DNA of 63,829 nucleotides, the filler included, from Choristocarpus tenellus KU-1152 (taxonomy: Eukaryota; Protista; Phaeophyceae): assembly GCA_964200185.2 (NCBI GenBank). It is 8 parts of 8 records of this genome, joined end to end, with 100 filler letters (N's around TTAATTAATTAA, not from the genome) between each part and the next. Parts side by side here need not be neighbours in the genome. Positions count along the whole stretch, not along the records: positions 9,623 to 21,524 come from CAXNAD020002074.1; positions 21,625 to 28,736 come from CAXNAD020006678.1; 6 more parts are not named here. One strand, given 5' to 3'. Of this stretch, positions 10,740 through 22,310 are shown in pieces; position 1 is the stretch's first letter; each line of letters begins with the position of its first letter. The notes beneath the pieces were generated by a model. The model searched no databases. It saw only the letters and a program-made list of their open reading frames with translations, and had not been told where the DNA came from. Made by a program: the position numbers and the translations under genes.

Positions 10740-12710
10740 TTAATTTTTATAGAGTTGATTTTTTTTTGGGAGAGGAACACAACGTCTTGTTGACAGTTTG
10801 GCATCTACAAGAATCTTGATCATTACATGTAGCCCAACAAATGTTCATTGGTCAAGTGTGCGAAAGGCACTTGAATCGAGTATCACACATATATGTTCAG
10901 TTACAATTTGATACTCCTACCTCATTAGAAATTAAAATCCCTTCTGACACACCAGTCATCACAACAACGGATTGGGACAGGTCCAGTGGGACGAGACAGT
11001 AGCATAATTCCTCTTTATCAGCCTTAAAATGCCAACAGAACGCACACACACGCACGGAACGTTACGGCATGTCACTGCGCAATATTGGAACTGATTTAAA
11101 CGAGGCTCCCACCAGTAACAGAATACACCATGCATCTTCACCAGCAGCAGAGAAATTGAATTATTCAGCAATTCTGTTATGTGACACAGGAGAGAAATGG
11201 GATTTTCCCATGAAAAGGGTACTTTACTGCAGGTGAGAACCACGCTTAAATGAGGCTTGGTCTAGAGCTATACTGTGTGTATGCACATGCTATATTTACG
11301 TTTTAAGGGCAATAAAGAGCACTGTGTAATTACCATATTTCCAAAAAGATCACGTTCTGGGACAAAAGACTTGTTCCCGTCTTAAAACCCTCTTTATTAA
11401 CAAAATTGTAGTTCTCTTTATTATAAAAGACAGCAAGAATTTAGAAATAGTTCCAAAAATACTTGGTCACTATTCTCATATTAAGTATTTTTTACCCCCT
11501 CAGACTTCTCCACAGACATAATCGAAACACATACCACCACAGGTGTCGGAGGTGAAGACTATATCGGTTGTCCTAGTGGAGGGGCAGGACGTTTGAACTC
11601 CCAGGACTTCACACCTGATGGGTATCGATGAGTGAGTGCCATTTTATGTGCAATGAGGCTTTGTGGTGCTGTGTTGTTCAATATCTCCAAGGTGAACTCT
11701 GAGGAGGTGAAAAAAATTAATGTGAGATAGTGACCAAGCATTTTTGGAACTTATTTCTAAATTCTGAAAGACGTTGACATCTATCATAATGAGTAGACAA
11801 TGAATTTAGTGATAAGGAGTTGTTTAAGAACTGGAACCAGTCTTTTTGTCCGTGAACAGTGGTGTGATCTATTCGGAAAGATGATAATTATGTTTATTTT
11901 TAGAGCATTGGGTATATTTTGGAATAGGAATACAAAATTCTGGTTGGCCATTTGGGATCCAGATAAATTTCCAACACAAAAGATCCAACATTTGAAGTCT
12001 GACAAGCGTTTCTCTGATTGAACTTGAATGATGAATCCTATGAGTCTGTCCACTGCTAGGCGGACCCATCTTCCTCATTCCAGCATCAAATCTCTTCTCA
12101 GTCACCAGTTGCCAGAACTACAAGGAAGGATTGATTATATAGGGAGGAGTGGAAAATAGTCCACCTAGCCTTCATAAGCGTATATATCGTAGGATTAATA
12201 AGGATTGCAATGGTTCTAAATGTTTGATATCTTAAAATAGAGAAAACTACTAATTTAGTTAATAGAGGGGTTATAATGAGTGCAACAAGTCTTTCGTCTG
12301 TGAATGAAATCTTTTCGGATAGATGATACTTATGTTGACGCTTTATAGCACTGAGTTTTTTCGGAATAGGAATACATTGTCTTGTTGATCATTTGCCATC
12401 AACAAGAATCTTTATCATCACATGTAACCCAACAAATGTTCATTGGTCAGGTTTTGAACAGAACTTGAATCAAGAATCATACATGTCGATTAAGTTCCAA
12501 TTTGACCCTCCTTTGCCATTTGAGTATATAATGCACCAGTCACCACAACAAGTCACCACAACAAGTCACCACAACGACAGAATGGGGCAAGTATAGTAGG
12601 ACATAACATCGTTGCTCTTTATTGACCATAAAATGCCAACAGAACGCGCGCTCGCTCCCGAATCGGCACTATACTGGTCCTCATTTAAGCAAGGTTCTCC
12701 CTACAAACAA
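10740..12710. repeat. Old compound repeat: direct copies 10740-11120 and 12340-12710, inverted arms ~11310-11510 and ~11690-11900, third arm copy ~12220-12380
   Basis: Shared blocks such as caagaatctt.atcat.acatgta.cccaacaaatgttcattggtca. gaatttagaaatagttccaaaaatacttggtcactat pairs with atagtgaccaagcatttttggaacttatttctaaattc. Confidence 0.75.
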
Positions 12711-14986
12711 ATTATACTATGTAGCAAAAAATGTCATTTTTGGTCCTTCTCACAGAGCAAAATGGGCAAAAAAACTCATTACTAGGAAATGTCAACCTAG
12801 GTTCGACTTAGCGAGTCTGACTTCAAGAGATCCTGTGTTTGATATGGGACAAATAGTTCAAAATATCAATAATAATAGTACCAATAACAACAATATTGAT
12901 AATATGTATCAGAAATATCAACAATATCTGCTCTTTCATTCACTCCATCAACCTCCTCTGAACCCCAAAACTGTCGTCCTCCCTCCACGTATATTTCAAC
13001 ATTTCAGCCTACACATGTCGACCGATACATGAACGAACTTGTTGACCTTTCCGTTTCAGTGCCCATCTACAAAATAAACTATCTACTAGCTCCTCATCTT
13101 CGACTGCCCTATTTAAAAAAAAAAAATTCAACCTTCCCACGTACACTTCTCTCGTCCCTGTTTTCTTGTCGGACATCTCCATGCTCATCATCGACATCAA
13201 AGGGTTACTGCTGGTGGTGGTGAAATGGAAACTGGTACAAGACTGAACACTTCATCACAACAAGTCTCGCAGCATACAATATATTTGACCTCCTCGACTC
13301 CAGCCTCCCGTCTCAAGAATTCAATGCAAACCTACTGGGGCGCGACACGGACTCTGGAATGCTGAACAAGTTCAACAAGGATCCACTAAAGGCAGTAAAC
13401 AAGCTCGCTGCCATTATGGGTGGTCAATCTTTCTCCTTTTTGGTCTTGATGGGAAAACGGTCAGGGAATTTAGAACATCCATGAAGGCAAGGGAGGTTGT
13501 AGAAAAAACATTCAGATGACTATACTGAGCCAAGCCAACTGAGAGGTAACATGTAGCCAAAGTTGCTATTTTAGGATGCTGATAATTATGTGCAAAATAC
13601 TTTTTTTTTTACGAATATGTGTAGGATATTTTCTGAATCTTGTCCAAAAGTATCAAACAATAGAGAAATCAACACTCCCAAGTCAAATTTAGCACTTCAT
13701 TCATAGAAATATGAGTGAATTGCAAAAGACTGAAAAACTGTTTTGAATGTCAAAATGGCCAAAACCTGGGTACTTTACGTTACTTTGACTCTCTAATGTT
13801 CTTCGTTGCTACTTCCGATCAAACACCTGAGACAACGACAACTAATCACAACTCTCCGTTAGAGACCGGCATATTTGAAACTATACTTGGCGTCTGCAAA
13901 AAAACACAAGATGGATGACCGCAGCACTGTGAGTTTGTAACTGCTTAGTCTACCTTCCGGCTGCAGACATGCTCAAGTGCAGTCCGATGCCACTCCACAA
14001 AACGCTTTCTTTGTTTTTCTTCATCACATCCATTCTGTATGTATTTTCGTGTATATATATATATACAAAGAAGCAGGAAGGAGTGTAGAACAGCTTGTTT
14101 CGCATTATTTCCACTTCCTGCTCCATTTCTTCTCCACTCAAATCTACGTATTGTTCTGTAACCTCCTCTCCTCACCGCTCTCATCATCTCTCCACGGGAA
14201 AATTTCTTCTTTCGAACAGTCCACTCCTTTACAGTGCTCTGGAACCCCGATCAGGATGTCGCAATAGAGTCCCTTAAGAATAGCAGCGGTTCACTCACAA
14301 TTACAGGACGCAGGTGGGGTGCTCATCCGTATTTTCCGCAGCATCGATTCATGTCCGACTGTGCTCTGTCTTACTGGAGAGAATAATAATTTGCGTTTAT
14401 CAGGCAATCAACGTATATAGTTGCACAGCACTTAGAGCAGTTAAAAGCGATACCAAAGTTTGACTTCCATACCATATCCTGACAGAACACACCTCTTTCT
14501 TCTTCTGAAGTTCTTAAAACAGGATGTGCAAGGATGTCTTAGTGGAAGAGTGTTTAACGCTCTTGGGAATAGAGAAGCCCTAAAACCATGCTTGCAAGGG
14601 ATTTCGTTGAGATCACGGCTCACGTATTCTCTGAGAATGCGGCGGATAGATTTTTTCGTCAGATACACTTTCTCTTTTGTGCGTCTGTGGAAGCGAGACC
14701 TTCAAAGACGAGTGGGTAAGCCCTATTTTATGTTTCAGTTATTCCGCCTTCCATGCACATTGGTGCTTCAGTCTATGTCACTTCATGTTATACATGTCAA
14801 AGTCAGCACACGATTATATTTATCCGCAACATGCTACTTATCCTTCTAACCCACCCCCATGTATTCCCCTCTTCTTACAGTTTTCCTGTAGTACCCTATT
14901 GAGGAATCAGAACCAGAGAAAGAAGAACAACTACTCCCGAACACCCGACACGAAGAAGGGAACGGGAAAGAAGAATAGAGACAAGG

Positions 14987-15469
14987 GTGGCCAGTCTGAC
15001 GCTTGAAGCACCAATGACCAGAAGAGGGCTTGCCACTCGATACGGAAAAAGTCAGCGATTGTATGTAAGAGGAATGATGTGTTTGCAAAACCTTTTCATC
15101 AAGCAGGTGGTGCTGGAAGTCGCAGTGCAAGTCATGGAGGAGGTTATAGAGAAGGATAGGCTTGGAATGGATCCAAGATACAGATATGACGCTCAAGATG
15201 GGAATAGTACAGAAGAGAACAAGATACCACCCTGTGTCCTATCACAGGAGGTACTTGTCGGAATACTCGGTTTGTTATTGTCGCCCTCCATGTACTCTTC
15301 TTTCTCTATTTCCATCCAACAATACTTATTTTCGAATCACATCATCCCAACATTTGAAAATGGCAAGGTCAAGAAGAAACTCCTCCTTATGGACATGATA
15401 AAGGCAATGTCTTCAAGATTGTCAAGTGCTTCAAGGGTGTTACCCTGAGCAATTGTTCGGTTGACCAAG
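14987..15469 (+). pseudogene. Exons of an unknown multi-copy gene, homologous to 60830-61306
   Basis: LQNLFIKQVVLEVAVQVMEE vs LKHILIKGAVLEVAIQVMND. KGNVFKIVKCFKGVT vs KGNLYYGIVKYSKGVT. Differences are mostly at third codon positions. Confidence 0.7.
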
Positions 15470-17029
15470 GTAAGCAAATATAGTATCCTTTGGTGATGAG
15501 GTTTCTAAATTTTTCTGACCACTTCACTGCGTTCGACCTCCTTCAATTTTTGCCATTTCTTCACAGTAGTGTGTTGATCAACATTTGTCAAGATAACACT
15601 TCTTGTATGTCCTCGATCTTCGTTTGTGCACGATAGTACGCATTTGTACTGAAGATACGCGTGTATTAAGAATTCCTCATCATCAGCCCAAACTGCGAGA
15701 CTCCCCACATGATCTAAACTTTCCCCCATGTTTTCGTCATGATATATGCCAATCAGCGCATGTCCACATAGCAGTTACTACAAGGTCTTCATTTTCTCTG
15801 CTTGTGATATTTGTATGGATCCATAAATATTACTAAAATATTTATATGGATCTTTTCTAAACATGTGTATGGTTTCGTATCTCTTCATATCCCTAAAACG
15901 GTAAAACGCCCGCGTTGATCCAATCTTTTTCTAACACTCCTATTTTATTCAGTCGTCTTTATCTGCATATGTATTTCCTGACACCCGGGCACATAATACG
16001 CATGATTATCACACCGGACGGACCACAGTGGTACATGATGTGGATGAGGTACACGAATGAAAATCCGCACGGCACACCAAAACGCGATCAACAACTTGAA
16101 TATCCAACCAGGAGGGACAACGGCGATGAGGAATGGAGGATAACGAATCTGATGAGGATAATTCAGTGAGCAGTCAGGATAGCAATGATGGCTCATCAGA
16201 GGACAATGGCGACTCATCCGACAACGACTACTCACCGGAGGGCAATGACGACATATAGGAGGGCGAGAAGGATAAGGATAATGTCGTGGAAAACAAGAAG
16301 TTTCAGAAGGGCGAGGAGAGAGGGAAAAATGCAAGGGACGACTCCGAAAGTTCACCATCCGACGACGACTCTTCCGAGGACGGTAATGTCTCCAGGAAAA
16401 GTAGCAACGACTCTTTGAGCGAAAAGGACGAAGACTCAGTACATGAAACGCCGAAATAATCTCGAAAGTCCTTGGTTGGAATGTTTTTTTGGCGAAGTCT
16501 CCTCCGATCGATGTCGTGGACATAAGGGAGGAGAAGGAGAATGAGGGCGAGGGGTTCGAGGGATGGGAGACCGGTGACCAGGAGGAGCTCGATCCTTAAT
16601 GTTGATCTCCAAAAAGTGGCAATGAAAGAGGCTAACGTTAAACCTGAAATTGTTGATTCTGGTGAAGTGGTCTTTGTAGAGGGTTGAAGTCTTGTAGTGC
16701 GAAGAGTTGACTCATTACACTGAAGAATTGATAGATTTGAATGTGCTATGCCCAGTGGTGTGCTCTATGATAAGGGAGGGTGTCGAGTATTGTACACTAT
16801 TGCACTATTTCAGTACCGTAGTCAAAGATAGTGCTGCATGCTCTGAGTAGAGGCTTGTTGTTTTGTGAAGGCACGTGTGGATGTATTAGCTCTAAATGTA
16901 TCTCATCTAGGTGTACATCAATGTACACTTATTGTAGAGGGATGTTGAGACTGTAGCAAGGTAAACTTGTCCTGAAATAGGGAAAAAAAATCTAGTTATA
17001 AGATTGCACATATGTCACGAAAGTCTTGA

Positions 17030-17370
17030 GGGGAGTGTGGCAGTATAGCTGGCACTCAATTACTCAGAAGTAAATAGTTTTGGAGGGGTATCTTTTACAT
17101 CTAGGTTGAAGGTATCTGGGAGGGGGGGTAGCTGTCCATTTGGGGTCAACGTTTTCATGTCGCAATTTTTGGGTGGTTTGGTTGCATGCGTTGGATAGAT
17201 AATGTAAATGCACGTTTCCTCATCTTGGCCCAAATGGACACCCTGGTGTAGACCCCCCCCCCCCTCACAAATACTTTGGGTCTCTACGACAACTGTTACT
17301 TTTATAGGGGTCCTTGTGATATTTGTTTGACTTTTCCCTGACACATCTGCAAAATGTCAGAGGGCATAAT
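17030..17370 (+). repeat. Unclassified dispersed repeat C (also 21700-21860, 41478-41533, and inverted ~43105-43245), here split by an A element
   Basis: Conserved core ttttcccctgacacatctgcaaaatgtcagagggcataata in four contigs or positions. Confidence 0.78.
17104..17282. mobile_element. MITE family A, full length (179 bp), 4-bp TSD TCTA
   Basis: TCTA at 17100-17103 and 17283-17286. The empty site in the repeat C copy near 21755 reads acatttacgacaactg. Confidence 0.87.
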
Positions 17371-18712
17371 AGTATATAGTGGTGATGTACTGAGTTGGTA
17401 TGTTGGTTAAATTCTACCGATCGAAAGGTGAAAACCCAACTATGACCGACCCCAGGGAATCACTACCTTCGTTCTTCTGCAAGGATGGAGAGATCACCTA
17501 TGGAGTTGCTGATACGTTTCTCCACGAACACGTCACTTCCTTGTTGATATCAAACTCCGGTATCAACAGCAGTGGAGGGTTGGGCAAAACGAAGCCTAAC
17601 CAGCAGTAAACACAAAATTATAGAAAACTTATTTTGAGCATGGATTTTTCTTTAGTGAAGGTGGGCAAGTCTACCCAACAAATTGTGGGAGATGATTACT
17701 GCTACATCCACAGTGATATCCTGGATGAGTGTCGCGAGTGCATGTATGTAACGAAGAAGACATTGCGGCAAGAGGATACCAACATTCTGGTGGAGAGGCT
17801 GGCTATATTCCTGAGTTCAGTCGAACCCAAGGACTGAAGTGATAAATACTTACCCCATAACCGCTGGCACATGCTTACTGACACTTATCCCAAGCTCATT
17901 GGTTGATGAAAGAGACAGGATGGTCACGACTTCAAAGTGTGAAAGAAATGAAGTGAAGGTCTTGCTGTGAAGTGCTTGGTGTAGATTTGATATTTTCGCT
18001 ATCAGGTAGTTCCGTTATTAATACGAGATTTTTATGTTGTGAGAGAGTGCGTGGTGACTTTGAGAGAGGTGTATTGCTTGTGTGTTGACCTTTGTCATCA
18101 GTGTTATATTCGGAACCATTCGTCACAATAACCTCACAAATGAATTTAAGTTCGTTTTGGAGGTATGTGACAAATAGTTTTGCAAAACAATTTGTTGCAA
18201 GCGTGGACGTACATACGTGTATGTATTTGTAGTTAGTATTGGGCGTTTATTGAACTTGGGTATTCCCATGTGTCATCCGAAGTGTTGTTTTTGACCTCAA
18301 CAATATCAACTTGAAAGTGCATATATTGGACTTTCCTGACTCTGTGTCAGTCAAAGCGGAGTTGGCAAGAATGATGCCTGGTATCAAGAGATAGGCCTAT
18401 ATCTCCTCATCTCTACTGGGGCAGGATGCACGCGCATTGGTTCTTGCCTAGGACATTTTGAACTTGGACATAGAGAAACGGCACTAAGGTTTTGTGTATA
18501 TTCATGTAGATAAACATAATATATAAGGTTTTCAACATTTTGTCATCTTATAAATAGGGTTTCGCTGCCTCAACGGGTATTCAAATCATTAATTTCTTCT
18601 TTGCAATATCTACGACAAATGCATGCACCAAGGGACATTGGTTCCTACCGCATGCACATTACCCCCTACTCCTATGTTTCATTCCACTTCTTTCCTACTC
18701 CCACTACTAACT

Positions 18713-19156
18713 AACCCAAAGTATCTGGGGGGGGGGGGAGGGGAATCTGTACCAGGGTGTCCATTTGGGTCAAAACCAGGAAAAGTGCACTTACATTATA
18801 CATCCGCCGTATGCAACCAAGAGTGAAAGTATCTTAGAGGGTACGAGTTTTGCCTTATTTGTCCATTTGGGACTTGGCTTTCCATGCTTTTTTTATTACA
18901 TATTCCAACTTCAAAATGTTTCGGGGTAGGTAAAATGTCCATGTTATGAATAAGGTTTGTCCGGAACAAGGATATTGACACTTCCTAACAAGCACGATAG
19001 CCAAAATTACATCAAAATCGCAACATTGGATTTTGAACCCAAATGGACACGGCCCTACCCTCTAAGATACTTTAGCTCCAAATCACCCAAAAATCGCAAG
19101 ATGAAAAAATTGGACCCAAATGGACATCTTCCACCCCCTACCAGATACTCTGAGCC
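18713..19156. mobile_element. MITE family A carrying a nested B element
   Basis: Termini aacccaaagtatctggg ... ccagatactctgagcc, flanked by ACT/ACT. The A body resumes after 19078. Confidence 0.87.
18821..19078 (+). mobile_element. MITE family B, full length, nested in A, duplication CAA
   Basis: gagtgaaagtatcttagagggta ... taccctctaagatactttagctc. Empty A site is gcaaccaaatcacc; filled site is gcaaccaa[B]caaatcacc. Confidence 0.9.
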
Positions 19157-20742
19157 ACTCCCGTCCTCCCAACATTCGTTCTACCACTCTAACAAATTGC
19201 GATCAGAAGGCACGTTGTGCCAAGTGTGGTCAGCATGATACTCCGTTAAAATAAAAATAACACACACACGAAAAACACAAACGCACATCGATTGTAATAA
19301 GATACTGGGTTGGGGGAAGAAAATAAAAGGTACGTTCAGATGGAGGAAATTGCTGCTGGTATATCCGACGCTTTACTTCATATGACATTAAACTCATTAT
19401 ATTGTCAAAAAGGCCCCTTCTGAGGCTGACACGAAGGTCGAGACGAGAAAATTGAAAGTGAGGAGGAAGAAGGTCATAGTGGGGGAGGGGAGGATAACAT
19501 TTCAGACTTTGGTATCACTGACAAGTTCCTCGAAGATTGTGAAAATATCATTGAGAAAGATGAGGTTGAAAAGAAGAAAGAAGCAACAGTAAAGGCATAC
19601 AAACAATTATTACGATTGTTTGTTCGCTAAATTTAAATTTGTGTATGCGGAAGATTCGGATCAAAGTTAACTTGATCAATGATGCATGGGACTACGCCCG
19701 CAGCAGTGGTGTATTAAAGGAGCTGAAGGTGGAGCAGAAGGACAAGAAAAATGACAATTCTGACATAATATATACACAACTTACGTGTATCTCTTCCAGA
19801 GGAAAAGCAAATCTTCAAGACGAAAATTGAGGTAGAGGTATTTTTCAGATCATCCTCTTGTGGCACATGCTGCTCAAGAGGTTCTTAGCCTGTAGTAGGT
19901 GGTTGGCCCCATCCAGGAAGAGGGACACCGCTTACCATCAGTTCAGCAGTTGGATGAGAAGAAGGTTGTGGATGACTCTGTCCTGAACCTTGTGATGGGA
20001 GATATGATTTTTTTGTTCAAATTACCGCACATTTTGTTCTGATGTGCAAATGCGAAGAGTGTAGGGATCCTTTTGCATTTCAGGAGAACCCACCGGTAGC
20101 ATATTGGACTCCAAATGTACAACTTAATTACAGCCCAAAGAAATTAGATCAGTTGTAAAGGGATGGGGTCTTTTGCCCTCCACTACATTCGATATTTACT
20201 TTAAGTACTCTCCTCCTCGACACATGTACAAAAAACATTATTGAAATATATGCCTATTCTGCACCTTTGATTTGCACGTCTTCACCCACACTTGCCACCA
20301 CCTCTCGACATACTACGAAACAGCACCACTCTATAATATAAACCGAATCTTCTCCAAAGAAAGGTGTTGAAATCGAATCTATAGAATCAAATTTTTCATT
20401 TTCGGTTTCAAATAGTTGATAGGACAACCAATGATAATATTTTCTATGGTGCACGGTGTGATTATAAATATTCTATCCCAGATTCCAAATTCCATATAAC
20501 GTTCCTCATGGCATCTCTTTTAATCAAGTTTTTCTTAAGTAAAACGTGTATCATGTGTAAACCTTTCAGGCATCACAACAGAGTGTCTCTGTAGTGAGAA
20601 AATACAACACTGAGGTAGAATACCTTGATGTCTTTCTCTTGGGCAGGGGGCTGTCACCAGTTAGGGGACCTTATCGTGCTCTGCACAAAAATGGAGAAGT
20701 ACGTCGAAAATGTTCGACCTGATGTAACTTGAGTTCATAAAT

Positions 20743-21078
20743 GGCTCAAAGTAGCTGATGAGGGTGGCGGCTGTCCATTTGGGGCCAATATTTTTATGTC
20801 GTATTTTTGTGTGATTTGGTTGCATACGTTGGATTGATAATGTAAACGCACTTTTCCTGGTTTTGGCCCAAATTGGCACCCTGATGTAGACCCCCCCCCC
20901 CCCCCCCCCAAAATTTTTGGGTAAAACTGCGTTTTTTATAAAAACATTTTTCCCCCCTTTTTTTTNNNNNNNNNNTTGCTAACGTTGGTTTGATAATTTA
21001 ACGCCCCTTTTCCTGGTTTGGCCCCAAATTGCCCCCCTGTGTTGCCCCCCCCCCCCCCCCCTCCAGATACTTTGGGTC
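20743..21078. mobile_element. MITE family A (one element assembled twice around a 10-N gap)
   Basis: ggctcaaagtagct ... agatactttgggtc, flanks AAAT/AAAC. The 3' half is repeated with low-quality bases either side of the gap. Further partial A copies at 6739-6761, 21460-21524, 21625-21645, 28681-28736, 34537-34622, 43378-43550, 43667-43689, 54750-54826, 54927-54962, 63744-63829. Confidence 0.8.
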
Positions 21079-22084
21079 AAACGCTGTCTATTCACTAACA
21101 CTATTTGCCATCCTATCTATTTCACCATACAAACACTTGGAACTCGAAACGACGTGGTAAGGCTTTGTTGCCAACCAACGCCATGAGGGGGATAGCACAA
21201 GATTCAAGGAGGGAGGTGGAGTAACGATCGATGGGATAGCAGAACCTAACACACGAGAAGCAAGGCAAAAAACCCCAAACAAGACAGCACAATTGCTCAT
21301 AGTGCAACCAGTTAATTACATCAGGCAATATGAGTATGAGAAGTAGTGCACAGTGTGCAGTGCCTCCGACGACAGTCCAGGAAAGTCTCCGTCTTGAGTG
21401 CCGAGTAGAAAATTATACTATAATTATTTTATGTTTTATTCTTTAACCTGGTCTGAACTGGCTCAAAGTATCTGGGAGGGGGTGGCGGCTGTCCATTTGA
21501 GGTCAATTTTTTCATGTCACGATTNNNNNNNNNNNNNNNNNNNNNNNNNNNNNNNNNNNNNNNNNNNNTTAATTAATTAANNNNNNNNNNNNNNNNNNNN
21601 NNNNNNNNNNNNNNNNNNNNNNNNCCCCCCCAGATACTTTTAGTCCTTCCCTAGCTCCTCAACCTAGGGTGCAGGACTAAACTAGGTTGGATGCACATGA
21701 GGGCAGTGGTGTAGCATACCTGGTAGTAAAATGATAAATAGATTAATGTCTTCCACATTTACGACAACTGCTACTTGTCTAGGGGGTTTCTCACACGTTA
21801 ATAGTTTTCATTGGTTTTGCCCCTGACACATCTGGAAAATGTCAGAGGGCATAATAATAAATATATATATATCAAACCTTTTCTGCTGTTTTAGACTCTC
21901 ACTTCAATACCACGGAATAGCCATCATAACGCAAGGAGCATCCTTATGGCGTACTAAAATAATTGTTGAGGATGGATGTTATTGCCTGCATTAATTTTAT
22001 GGGTTCAAGTCCCATTGATGCCAAATTTCTTCTCGTGGAGATCTGTTTCGATTATCTAAAGCCGACTGACTGTGCCACAAGAAC

Positions 22085-22310
22085 ACCAGACCAAGGACAA
22101 GTCGAAAAGTCTTTGTTACGGATCGATTCAACGGAGGAGATGGAGCGACTTGTGGGATGGTTGATTCGAAGAAGTCAGAAGCAAGGCATGAACGGAGACG
22201 GCACAATTAGTCACAGTGCAACAGTTATGTTATGATTCGCTAGTATGAGAAGTAGTCCAGTTGTGTAGTGCCTCTGACCACGTATTGGGATAGTATCCAG
22301 ACAATGTGAG
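22085..22310 (+). repeat. Unclassified dispersed repeat D (also ~10280-10505 and ~21150-21390)
   Basis: Shared gattc.a.ggagg...gaagcaaggca...cacaatt...agtatgagaagtagt...gtgcctc blocks in the same order. Confidence 0.65.

Larger units (their letters stand above)
17400..20040 (+). pseudogene. Degraded Ulp1/peptidase C48-like coding remnants, probably transposon cargo
   Basis: SVQQLDEKKVVDDSVLNLVMGDM (~19940-20010) and VFPCVIRSVVFDLNNINLKVHILDF (~18260-18335) resemble the Ulp1 WLNDEVIN and HWxLxVID...YYDS segments. Many stops. Motif resemblance only. Confidence 0.35.

Noticed and set aside
15360-15420. Programmed -1 frameshift shared by the two orphan-gene copies (same 32-nt offset after the acceptor at 15 kb and 61 kb)
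   Set aside because: No slippery heptamer. Both copies have a downstream phase-1 GT donor (g|gtttgt; t|gtgagg) that restores the frame by splicing alone.
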